From assembly GCA_964035545.1 (NCBI GenBank), contig OZ037772.1, forward strand, positions 3,935,538 to 3,999,537: DNA of 64,000 nt. The letters run 5' to 3'. The notes below the pieces were generated by a model that searched no databases, was not told the origin of the DNA, and saw only the letters and a program-made list of their open reading frames with translations. Made by a program: the position numbers and the translations under genes. Within the stretch, counting starts at the first letter, position 1; each line of letters opens with the position of its first letter. The DNA is from Bugula neritina. Taxonomy: Eukaryota > Animalia > Bryozoa. Positions 51,201 to 63,654 of the stretch are shown one piece after another.

Positions 51201-52363
51201 TCCTCTCACTGGAAGGTAAATACTCTGTTTATTATAGTAAGTTTAGTTATTTTATATATAATTATGTTGTAGTAAATAATATATTTTAATAATTAACAGT
51301 AAACAACTTCCACCCATAAGATATATTATGATATTGTTAGTATTTATCAAGTCACTGATGTTATTTTTAGCTAAAAGTTATGTAATAAAGACTGTAACAT
51401 GCTGATAGTAGATGTTATATTCTTCATCACATGACTTGTAGCTAATAATAATATTAGTGAATAATACTGCCTCCCTGCAATAAGTTTATTTCCAGCTGCA
51501 GTAACATGCAGGATGTAAGCACAGGTAAAAGTGTATATTATACTGTATAGGTTTAAGGTGTACTCTGTGTAGTGTGCAGTGAGCTCTTAGTAAACTCTCT
51601 ATTCAGTCTTCCTTTCCAAGGGTTCACCTGGTAGAGTAGAGGATAGGGACTCCACACTGCTAAGTGAGTTGGTGCTGCAAGGGGTTCAAACCCACCTATC
51701 AGCATGTCTAGTTAGTTTACTATGCAAGTGTTTTACAGTAATTTTAGAGGTGCTCAGTCTAACAACTGTACAGACTGCCAGCAACACATGAGTTATAAGT
51801 TGTAGTTTGACTTCAGTCTAGTGCTGCTATTGTTTTGGTCATCAGATAATTTAAATATAAGTAATTTGATACTTTTTGAGTGCCATTACTGAGACTATTG
51901 TAATTTGATGATGGCTGGTAGAGCAGTGTTTGCTGGTGGGACTCAGGTGGCTGTGCTTGGTTCTTGTTAAGTATTTAATATGTGATAATGTTGGAGTAGC
52001 TGCAGTAGTATAGTATTAGAAGTAGACATGTGGGTGTGTCCTTGCTGAGAGCCACAGGCTAAGTTTGTGGGTCAAGGTCAATACAGTTGTATAAGGAGGC
52101 ACTATTTTCTGCTCTATTTGAGTATTTACTTCATGCATATAACCTGCTTAGTTCCATCTTTAAAGGCAGTCTGTCTGTTTCTCTCAATACACACCAACTG
52201 ATACAATATGATGCTATTATTTACAGGCCAACTGGTGCTTACTGTTCCCAGAGAAAGTCTTGGTGTGAGTAGCTGGGTGTGGGACATTGCTGTGTATAAC
52301 AGAGACACAGTGTTTCTAGCATGTCAAGATGGTGGACTTAGAAGATACACAATAAAATACTAA
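45229..52363 (+). CDS. TRIM-NHL-like E3 ligase, paralogue B (621 aa); exons 45229-45410, 47556-47736, 47934-48126, 49215-49420, 49855-50134, 50529-51215, 52227-52363
   Basis: Same structure as paralogue A with one extra codon in exon 3; 1866 nt, no stops, GT-AG introns. Confidence 0.9.
48382..49015 (-). mobile_element. hAT/Charlie-like derivative, paralogous to 21964-22580
   Basis: Same position and termini; TSD ctttaact/ctttaatt. Confidence 0.65.
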
Positions 52364-53069
52364 ACTTATCAGCTACAGTTTACTAATAATCAGCTCAGTG
52401 AGGTACTGAGAGATAAAATGGATAATATTTGTCATCAACATAATTATCTTCATTACAATTCATCAATACACACACTCTGTATTTATAGTTAGATATGAGA
52501 TGTTTTACTGTATCAAATATGTGTTGTTATTTTACCATCTAATAAAGTTTATTTGTTAGTGAAAATATAGTCTGTTTTCATGCCTCATTAGCTTTAGTTC
52601 AAGTTGAGTTCGGTTAGTAAAAATAATTTTTACTGGAGCAGTAACTGTAAATGACTTGTCTCTGGGAGAATTTATTCACTGAATTGACATGCAGGTGCAA
52701 GTAACTCCAACATGACTAAGCAAATTTATTCCAACCATTCATAATAATATACATTCCACTGCTGTGTATACAACAGCATTGAGTAGCCAATCAAATTGTT
52801 TCTTGTCATGCAATCAGGAATCTGATAAATAATATATAAGGCAATCAACTGGATATAAACACTGTTTTACTTTACACATGAGCTGTCTGTGATGTAGCTG
52901 CTTTGTGAAATGTGTGTAATTTGATGAGTTCAGTTACAGTTTAATTATGACGTGTTCACCATTCACCTGGTAGAAATACCATACAATGTGTGCACAGACA
53001 AGTTGCAATGACTCTAACAGAAACTTTCTCAGTAGGTTTCAGTTCATCTTGAATATATTACAGCTTGTT

Positions 53070-53335
53070 GTCATTTGGCCTCAATATTATTGATGATACA
53101 CTACCTTGTTTGGCCTCAATAGTATTGATTGTATACTACCTTGTTTGGCCTCAATAGTATTGATGGTAGACTACCTTGTTTGGCCTCATTAGTATTGATG
53201 GTAGACTACCTTGTTTGGCCTCAATAGTCTTGATGGTAGACTACCTTGTTTGGCCTCAATACTATTGATGGTATACTACCTTGTTTGGCCTCAATAGTCT
53301 TGATGATACATTACCTTGTTTGGCCTCAATAGTCT
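53070..53335. repeat. 35-bp minisatellite, copy B
   Basis: Period 35; same unit as 27520-27800. Confidence 0.9.
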
Positions 53336-54504
53336 TGCTAACAGCACAACTTACAAGATTCAACTAATTTAAGTTGTGGAAATTTGCATGAATATAACAC
53401 ATATGAAATGTGAAAATAGCATTAAAAGTCAAGCAAGGAATTCACACTTTGACACAATTATATACTTTCACTTGAAGGTAAGCTTGATGAACCAATATGA
53501 ACTGCTCACAGAGTTTAACCACCTGTGTAGGATTTGCACCTACAATATTTAGTTACATCAAAGCCAAGTGAAAAATCTAACAGTTGATTTATTTTGTTGA
53601 AAGTTAAATTATTAACAGTCACTGATTGGCCATCACGATGGCACCATCACACTAGTTGATCTGCATGCTGCAAAATGCATCATGTCCTCTAGTTAAAGTG
53701 TGTGCATGGAGTTGTCATTTCGATATAATAACATAATGTACAAAATCTCTGCAATATATATATCAGAGTCATGATTCTACATCACATGAATGTTCTTTAC
53801 TTTAACAAGAGAATAGCCAACTATAAAAACCTGCTATAGCACACAATATAGCAACCTGTTATAACATGACATACAGTACATCAATATTCATTCACTACAC
53901 AAAATATCTCAATACACATAACAACTGGAGCTGCTGAAGTTCAATGGCTTATACAAGTTGAATTGAACAAAACACTACGTTGTTCTTCAGCATATCAACT
54001 AGTATGAGTAGTGTGGAGAGATCTTTTATATATATAAAAACTTGTGTTTGAAGGAAATATTAAATTATATTATTCCTCTTAGCATCACATGTAGCATGAA
54101 TATCAACTTATAGTTAGTGAGTTACTAGAAGTTTCTTTGTAACGGAAACCAGTCCGGGTTCCCCTGCAGTTCCATCTCAACGGGTCTGGCCTGAGCTGAG
54201 GTCACTGCATGATGACATCATTCACTAGGTTCTTCTTGGTGTCTGGAAATTTTCCACCAGTTACTCCAGTGACTGAAAATGAAGTACTAATACCAGTGAC
54301 TCAGTCTCAAACTTACTTACTGAGTCATTGTGATTATTAGTTGATGACTTAATGTTTTAGTGAAGTTATAGTTATAGTTAACTTATAGTCCTACTGACAC
54401 TAATAGCTAATGTGCCATTCAGTCTCATCTTCATTCTCAGTAATTGTAATACTGATATTAAGACTAACTAACGCCTAATGCTAAGTTCAACTACTAATTA
54501 TTAC

Positions 54505-54581
54505 ACTACTAGTACTACTACTACTACTAGAAGTAGTGGTGGTGGTGGTGGCGGTAGCGGTAGCAGTAGTAATGGGAGTAC

Positions 54582-54631
<50 letters not shown>

Positions 54632-54724
54632 CTAGTAGTAATGGGAGTACTAGTAGTAGTACTAGTAGTACTAGTAGTAGTAGTAGTAGTAGTAGTAGTA
54701 CTAGTACTAGTAGTAGTAGTAGTA
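54505..54724. repeat. (AGT)n/(ACT)n microsatellite
   Basis: Direct reading; it directly abuts the broken ValRS exon 14. Confidence 0.95.
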
Positions 54725-54854
54725 TGACAGCGCTTCTTCATAGGATCTGCCAGTCACCCAGTAGTTGTTGTCACTAAACTATGTAAAATATATAGAGGTC
54801 AAGAGGTCACTAGACTATGTAAAATATATAGAGGTAAAGAGGTCACCAGACTAT

Positions 54855-55305
54855 CACCGGCTTTCCATGTACCGATCTCAGATCGATATCAGCGAGATCG
54901 ATCCATGGAAAGACGCCAAAGATCGATCTCCGTCGATCTGAGCTGGTCGGTCTGTGGAGCTCGAACTCAGATCGATCTCATGTCAATAAGACCATGGAAA
55001 GACACCAGATCGATCTGAGAAGTAGAAAAAGACTGCGTGCTACAATGTTGTCTGCTAATAAAAATGATAACTTATTGATAATTACTAAGCAAAGTATTAA
55101 ATAATCATGATAGCCGCCTTTTCAGATGCCAAAACTTTGACTTTCAGTACAATGATTAAGAAAACTCAATTATATGCAGAAGAAGGTAAAAAAAATGGGA
55201 GAATTTAAATTGAGTTCAAATGACTATATTAAAACTCAGTTTCATTAGCTATTTCCTTTGTAATTTTAAGCCTAACAGTCCTGTAAGTTTATTAATAATC
55301 TGCAA
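54855..55305. mobile_element. CAC-terminated MITE, truncated, internal region inverted relative to 33937-34714
   Basis: Same left flank (GGTCACCAGACTAT); body matches the reverse complement of ~34266-34714. Confidence 0.8.
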
Positions 55306-55724
55306 GGGCCACACCCACTCCCGAAAGGGCCACACCCACTCCAGAAAGGGCCACACCCACTCCAGAAAGGGCCACACCCACTCCAGAAAGGGCCACACCC
55401 ACTTCAGAAAGGGCCACACCCACTTCAGAAATGGCCACATTAGAGGGAATTCATAGTTTATCAACATAAACATAGTCTGTGGTAAATATTAGGTCTGTGC
55501 TAAACCCACTTGCTTTCTGTAAATAACACAAGACAAAATGAAGAATGAGTCATACCTCAGCCTTAGGTTGCCCCTGGATCTGCACAAAGTAGGCTGGTAT
55601 TCTGTGCCCCCACCATAGCTGTCTGGAGATACACCAGTCCCTGGAGTTCCTCAGCCATTTGTACCAAGTGACTGTATGATAGTCTGGTATGATCTTTAGC
55701 TTGCCTGATTCTACTACCTGCAGT

Positions 55725-55965
55725 ATACATACTATGCTATAGACATACTATGCTATAGATATACTATGCTATAGATATACTATACTATAGATATACTATA
55801 CTATAGATATACTATACTATAGATATACTACACAGTACTAATATATATACTATACAGTACTAATATATATATATACTATACAATACTAATATATATACTG
55901 TACAGTACTAATATATTATATACTATACACAGTACTAATATATTACATACTATACATAATATATA
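55725..55965. repeat. Short version of the compound AT-rich minisatellite
   Basis: Same units as 35283-38255. Confidence 0.9.
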
Positions 55966-57647
55966 ATACAAGTACCTCTACAGCCTTGGCTGCCATATCG
56001 TCACATGCCACATATCACTGTGGTTTGGGTATCGGCTCAATGATATCTTTAGATCGACTATGACACAAGAGAACACGGTGTGGAGGTCATTGTTAACAGA
56101 CAGACACACATAGTAACAGTTCAACTCAACAGAATTGTAAAATATAGTGGATATGTTAATGGAGCTATTCTTTAGGAGAACAAGAGAGGACAACTTCTAT
56201 TACATTGAGATCTGTAACTATGAGTCATTTTACTTGATTTAGCACACAGAGCCATATACCTCTAGCTTTTAGCTATTGTTCACAGTTGAGCTGCTAATTC
56301 AACATTTTAATGTAAGAAACTATACACAATAGCAGCTAAACTGTGAAAAATAGCTAAGAACCAGATATATGGTGTGTACTAAACTAAGTAAAATGACTCA
56401 CAAGTAAACATGACTAGAAAAAGTTCAGGATCTAACTGGACGTGTATGAAGAAAATGTAATGGAACCTGTAGAAATCTAACAAGTTGGGATAAGATTGTA
56501 GAGAGAAGACGACTCACCTACATACAGGAACTACCATAGGGTTGTCTTCCTTTCCTTTGTATAGCCTCAAGTCTTCCAACCTTTTATGAACACCTGCACA
56601 TAAAACTTACACAGAGTATAAATTGCTAATAGGCTCACACCTGTCACCTGCTTACAAATGTCACCTGCTCACACCTGTCACCTGTACACACCTGTCACCT
56701 GTACACAAATGGTATTAAACCACTAAAACCTATGTAGATCAATATTTTCTTGCTATTAAGTTGACTAATTGTGAAACAGCCAAAATAGGAAAATAAGACC
56801 TTGTAGTGCAGTGAGCAAGGCAAGTTCAAGCCATACAACTTTAACATGTTGCATTACAGAAGAATGACCTGCTTCACTTTGGTAAATAACTATAAGTAAT
56901 ATTGGGAGTTACGCCACTTATGAGTAACAACATGGAGTTGTGTTTCTTTTCATAAACGCAAAAAGGTAAAAGTTACTTGTTCCTTCGAGGTAGCATATAT
57001 AATGCAAGGAAAAACCATCTCAACTTAGAAATATGTCACACAATTAGGAGTTATGCCACCTCCTTGTCAGAAACACGGAATACTAGATTCACACACCTTT
57101 TCATTTCCACAAACTCGCCGGAGTCTCCACATATTAACCTGTCATCGTCAATGAAGGGGAGTTTGTGTCAGAGGCCAACGTCGTAATCCTTGGGATCATG
57201 TGAGGGGGTTATCTTCACCGCCCCTATCAACAATTAGATGGGAAATGAGAAGCTCTGAGGCTATGAATATTACAAACAGTACTCGTTGCTATACGAATAG
57301 ACTCCAATTTAGTTCTCCCTCCGTATCTCAGTAAGCTGAGGGACCTGACACCTCAATTCATGACACAGTAGAATTCTTACCATAGCAGAATACCATATTT
57401 AACACACGGATCTGTTAATTTAAACTATTTTGTCCCAATACACATAACATAAGCCACAAAACAAAGGACCAAGCCATTCTCATGACCTGTGGTATTTCAT
57501 GAGAACTAGAAACATAAGATATAGTGGAAGCACTGCCCCAAACAAAACAAATCAAATGAAATGATAGTTTAGTGATGGAAATAATTAGTTAATAGTCTTT
57601 GAAAATAGTTGGGCCGGTCAACTTCTGAAATTACCATGTAAGAAACA

Positions 57648-58290
57648 CAACAGGCTATGAATATACAGGACAATAGGCTATGAATATACAGGACAACAGG
57701 CTATGACTATACAAGACAACAGGCTATGAATATACAAGACAACAGGCTATGAATATACAGGACAACAGGCTATGAATATACAAGACAACAGGCTATGAAT
57801 ATACAGGACAACGGGCTATGAATATACAGGACAACAGGCTATGAATATACAGGACTACAAGCTATGAATATACAGGACAACAGGCTATGAATATACAGGA
57901 CTACAAGCTATGACTATACAGGACAACAGGCTATGAATATACAGGACAACAGGCTATGAATATACAGGACAACAGGCTATGAATATACAGGACAACAGGT
58001 TATGAATATACAGGACAACAGGCTATGAATATACAGGACAACAGGCTATGAATATACAAGACAACAGGCTATGAAAATACAGGACAATGCGCTATGAATA
58101 TACAGGACAACAGGCTATGAATATACAGGACAACAGGCTACGAATATACAGGACTACAAGCTATGAATATACAGGACAACAGGCTATGAATATACAGGAC
58201 AACAGGCTATGAATATACAGGACAACAGGCTATGAATATACAGGACAACAGGCTATGAATATACAGGACAACAGGCTATGAATATACAGG
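57648..58290. repeat. 23-bp minisatellite (CAGGCTATGAATATACAGGACAA)n, ~28 units, in ValRS intron 9
   Basis: Direct reading. Confidence 0.95.
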
Positions 58291-58590
58291 AAACAGAGCA
58301 CCTGTCCCAAACTCCATCTCCACAAAGTCGTCAGCCACAATAGGTATTCTCCTGTCAGCAAAAAGATGTCTCACAAATTTCCCGTGTAAGTGTTTGTATC
58401 GGCCGTCTTCAGGGTGGACAGCCACTGCAGTGTCACCTTCAATAGTTACCAGACTTTATAGTCTCTCACAGTATTGAGTATTGATATACAATTATATATT
58501 TACTGAGTGTTTACCAGATCCAACTTCACAGTCACTATACTCAGAGTACACAACTCCCAGTAAGTTAGTATCAAGCTAATTAACCACTAA

Positions 58591-58740
58591 CCCCCTATTC
58601 ACACTTACCGTATCGTACGCCGTAACAGCAAATATCAGCCATTTTTATGAATGTCTGAGCTTCCTGTCCGGTGTTGCGATACGGTAGAATCAAGCACTGC
58701 TTGATTCAAATAAGTTGCGGCGGACCCCTATTGGACAGAA
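58591..58740. mobile_element. One-ended relic of the 33235-33917 MITE family
   Basis: Same TIR after TAA; similarity continues to the ATCAAGCACTGCTTGAT palindrome. Confidence 0.75.
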
Positions 58741-61700
58741 AAACTTTTGCGTTAATTCATTGGATATAAATGTCTAATGTAGCGTCATAGATCGTACCTA
58801 ATAGCGGACTTTGAAAACTTCAACCCGCACCTTAAACCAAAATGGAATAATAAAATTAAAGAACTTAGGCTATCTCAAGTTCTCCACTACTGCTCCTAAG
58901 TGAGAAAGTGAGAATAGTTAGAGAGATCTACTGGAGTTATTTCAACTGGCAGCAAGAGTCAGCCATTATTACGTTGCTAAGCAACAAAGCTATCAGTGAC
59001 ATTGATGTCTACTAACTCAACATAGTTTCTAATCTAGTTGTGGCCACAATGATTTCTTCGTCAGAGTCTTACACTTTATATGCAAAGGAAAGGAGAACTC
59101 CGAACTCCACCTTCTCCTTGTAGCCAGGCACAGAGAGCATAGTCCTTCCTGTCAACTCTACTTTGTTTACCTGCAATCAGTGATACAACTCTCTCAGACT
59201 ATACAGGTCAAAGGTTAAACTGTAGTGTGTGCTTCTGAGTCACTGCGTTCTCATTCTTTTCTATTAGTTCACATTGTGTAAATGGATGCTCGTACGAATG
59301 AATATGTGGCTGTGGTCTCATTGATGTATTCATTCGAAGATAGTCATAATGTAATATATCAGGCTGTGTCTGAATACTACTATTAGGTTAGTTACCACCA
59401 ACACACAAGTCTCGCAGTGAATAAACAGTTGACGTGCACACAGCAGGGAGTCAGACTGATACTGTACAATATACCTCAATATCAGAGATGGCAGAGTTGA
59501 GAGTACAGGACCAGTTGACGAGTCGGTTAGCTCTGTAGATCACACCTTTCTCGTGCATTCTGATAAACGCTTCGTTCACCGCTTTCAAAGATTTCTAATA
59601 AACAATTATATATTAGTCATGTGTCAAGTGTGAACTGATTGGAAACAAGGCCTCATGATTAACCAATCATAGAGAGGATAACACACTGAGTCAGTAAACA
59701 GTCGACACGGCATATAGACTCCACTACTCAAACATAATACATGTATAGAGAGGATAACTCCTCACCTCATCCACAGTGAACGTAGTTCTGTCCCAGTCAT
59801 AAGACCCGCCCACTTTCCTCAACTGATGGTAGATTCTGTCTCCTTTTCTATAGAAATTATATAATAACACTGACCAATCGTTGTGCTGCAAAACTTAGTT
59901 ATATTAGCAACTTAAATAATGAGTCCAATGATATAGTGTGATGAAGTAAACCTATATTTAACTTTTTGTATATTCAATTATAATATATATTAATTTTATC
60001 ATATTATCATATATATTATATATTATCTTATATCAAACTGTAGCAACTGCACACCAATAAGATAAAATAAAAACTCAAACCCGAATACTAAGTCGCCATG
60101 AAATGCATTTTCAAGATAAAATATTCCCTTACTGGTTCTTCCAGTCCCACACTCGTCTCACAAACTCATCTCGTCCCAAATCGTGTCGAGTTTTATTCTC
60201 TTCTCTAGCGAGTTTTTTCTCGACGACAACTTGAGTGGCTATTCCTGCGTAGTCACATCCGGGTACAAACAGTGTCACCTTCCCATTCATCCGGTGCTTG
60301 TCAATACAACAGAACTGACACCTGCAGACACCTGACAGACAAGCATATCAGACACCTGTAGATATTCTGGAAAGGTGCTGAGAGAAATATCTGTGGTTGA
60401 ACCAACATCAATATAATAGATGAATGACTTATGCCAACCGGTACTTGACACAAATTTTATCAGCATTCAAAAGAGAATTAACAGGGGGATGTTCATAGCC
60501 TGTCTGTGGAATATCTCAAAGTGACTTGGCAAGATGCCGAAATGTCATGTAGTCACCACCAGAGGAATGGTGTCTACTGTTACATGCTATAAGCTACATA
60601 CACCACCAGTTTAGTGACTAGGTAAGTACGGAGTTGTCTCATCTATATGAATGAACATCTCACCACCGAACTATCGCATCCTCAACCGCCCCCGTGAGGG
60701 CGTGTCCTAGGTGAAGAGTCCCGGTCACATTAGGGGGAGGGATCAGGATGATAAACTTCTCTTCAGGTGTGAGTTTCAGCACATCTCTACCTGTTACAAA
60801 GCAACCAATCACATCTCTCTCGGTTACAAAGTAAAAAGCAACCAATCACAGTACCTGTTACAAGAGAGTAACAAATCACACCTCTACGTGTTAGAAGTAA
60901 CCAATCACACATTATAGACTTTACTATGATGAGAAGTGTACCCTTGAGATTATACTCAGGTTTGAAGAATCCTTCCTTCTCCCACCAAGAGTACCAGGCA
61001 GCTTCCACATAGGACGGGGAGTAAGAACCAGGCATGGGACACGTCGTGTCTAGAATAACAGAAAACTATAAAGTATAGGGGGGCAGCTGTGGTCTAGGGG
61101 TTAGAGCGTTTGTCTAGTGAACACGAAGCCATTGTTTGACAAAGGCCATTGGTGACGTTAGAAAGAGTATCTAGTCATAATTGCTCCTGTGCCACATCTA
61201 AAAAAGTCCTTAGCCTGTTTTAACAAAAATGCTTTCCACCAGGAGTCTCTCACAAGGATGGTGACTATGCACTGATATCTAGATATACTAAGTTGAGACT
61301 TGTCTTCTACTGGTCCATACAGTTCAAATATGATAAACACATGTATAAATACAATAATCTATTCATAGCCCATAGTCTAACCACCAACCAGGACGAATAA
61401 ATAAGACGGTGGCCTGACACTACTACTACAACTTATATAACTTATACACAGCAGACTGTTAGGAGTATTTGAATCTGAGGCTATCCAATGTATGAGTAGG
61501 GCAGCCCTAAATGTAGGATATTGGAATACCATGTCTTATTACTTCAGTCTAAAGCAGTTCTTATACCTTCACGATTTTCAGTCAGAAATTCAATTTTGAT
61601 GAGTTGCATTTCATTGTAAAAGCCAATCATCAAAATTTTTGCTTTGTGCATGCTTAATCAAATAATTTTAGAGTAACAATCAAAGGAAATGATAACTCCT

Positions 61701-63654
61701 TTAGATATGGGGTATTCATGTTTATAATTACATCGGCTGTCTTTTTCAATTATCACTTTTATGCTGTCAACTTAATTTATTACGTTTTCAAAGGGCATCA
61801 AATAGTGATTAAGCGAGTTATATTTGAGTATTACAGAGTGAGCTTCCTTATTATTATCAACAACTTTAAGTAAGACTATAGAGGGGCGGGAAACACTGAA
61901 CTCCTTTCAGTAAAGATAGAAACGCAACTTCAGTTCTAACTGCTTACACACATAACTGTGTGTTCACTACCGAGCAGTGTACACTGATAAATCAGTGCTT
62001 CAACTGAAACTTGTAAGTAAAGGAATGAAGAGCTCAATTGAGTATAAAATGTAGAGAATAATTGAACTGAACCTTCCTTATGGCCAACTGGTGTGTCATC
62101 GACATACGTTACTACAGCCTTCTCCTTTTTCTCTTTCACTTTTTTCTAGAAAAAAAAAAATCAAATTTGAAGAAAATAAAATGGAAATTGTTAGCTACAG
62201 ATACAGACAACTTCCAGTTAAAAGTACAGCCATACAGTCGCAATACGAATATGCAATTCAAGTAACACTTTCATGTAGAAGTACAACCATAAATCTGAAT
62301 AGAAAGTAACACAAATATATACATTTAGGAGCAGTAGTGTAGAAATCGAGATAGCCTAGGTTCTTTAATCTTATTATCAAATTTTGGTTTGGGGTTTGGG
62401 TTGACAATCTTACAAAAACACAACTTCTTATGCTACATTTCTAATCTAAAACACAGGCTTTCTCAATTTTTCCATTACTGCACCTACCTTAGTATATATA
62501 GAACCTGTAACTAACTAAACAGACACCTCAGTAGTCATGGCAGACTCTGCCTTCTGTTTAGCCTGCTTAGCTTGAAACTTGGCTAGTTTAGCAGCTTTAG
62601 CAGCTTCTTTCTTCAACTCTTTCTCAGATTTTACCTTGACCTCGCCAGTTGGCGCATCACCAGGGTTCACTTCCGACATGTTCGTTTATTGTGAGACTTT
62701 CCTTAAAACACAATCAGCCGGCATGGAACTAATAGATATCTCAATACTAAACATACAAACTACTGACCCAGTATAGTTATAGACAGATATATTAATACTA
62801 ATAATATAAACTAATGGCTCAGTATTGCGTTAGTTATGCGTGGGGGTTCAGTGATAACACGCCTATAAACCACACAGTTCAATAATGAAAGACTGTGACT
62901 TTTCACGAACAGACATCTCATCTCTGATTCTAATGAAAAATCACGAAATTTTCAGACAAACGATACTGCATTTCAACTTTGTGACTATCACATGATAATA
63001 ATCATTGTCATTTGAAAGATTCTGCTAAAATCGAAATGCCAATGTTAATCACAAGGTCAACCATAAATGACTCAGTCTGATGACTGACGGTTATGCTTAA
63101 TGATTAATTAGTAATATGAATAGATTGCAAGTGATCAGCATGATGATGGTGATTATTGCTTTTCACCATCAAAGGTCAAACTTTGTAATTGCAGCTTGAA
63201 ATGTAAAATTAAAATATTACTTTTATTTAATTAAAAGAGTATAACTTACTATCATAACAACATTCAACTTTATGTAGTCATTATGAACATGATAATGGTT
63301 TACCTTTTACTTTAGATGATAATTATACTATTCACGATTATCATTATGTCTACCATTATGATTATCTCAACTTTAACTTATCAATTACGATAATTAACCA
63401 TTTATTTTCAATGATAAAAACTTAAATCATTGAATGAACACTAAAAGTAATTTAAATTCACACTTTTATTATCATAACTATCAAATTAATATTAATAGGC
63501 ATATTTGATTTTTAGATTACAATAATAATTATCAAATCATGGTATAGAATTAAATATTATAGTTAATACTATTATAAATATAATTAATATAATTGTATTT
63601 ATTGAAACTAAAACAGTAAGGTAAACTAAATAAATTATCGACATGAGTGTGAGT

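Larger units (their letters stand above)
39764..56950. repeat. Segmental duplication, copy B
   Basis: Begins with the last ~29 nt of the collagen terminal exon (TAGGGAGGGTGTTATGCCCCTCCCTGTGA) and is collinear with copy A. Confidence 0.9.
54725..62679 (-). pseudogene. VARS1: Cytosolic valyl-tRNA synthetase pseudogene, exons 1-14 (62527-62679, 62073-62145, 60942-61049, 60664-60790, 60133-60297, 59766-59847, 59475-59594, 59017-59170, 58302-58436, 57097-57223, ~56518-56593, 55976-56057, 55556-55717, 54725-54778 truncated)
   Basis: [101 protein letters not shown]. Stops at 59069-59071, 57168-57170 and 56015-56017; exon 5 acceptor reads AA; DHAG changed to DYAG; no KMSKS exon seen in the window. 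Confidence 0.93.

Noticed and set aside
54478-54777. Poly-Ser, poly-Thr and poly-Val ORFs
   Set aside because: Trinucleotide microsatellite.
55220-55473. KGHTHSR / WVWPFLE repeat peptides
   Set aside because: 21-bp intronic minisatellite translated on both strands.
61076-61200. tRNA-like sequence
   Set aside because: A-box-like motif only, with no B-box or cloverleaf; at most a SINE relic.
30679-62679. One functional ValRS gene with TRIM-B nested in an intron
   Set aside because: Multiple stops, a broken acceptor and no KMSKS or anticodon-binding exons seen; the left exons belong to the duplicated block.
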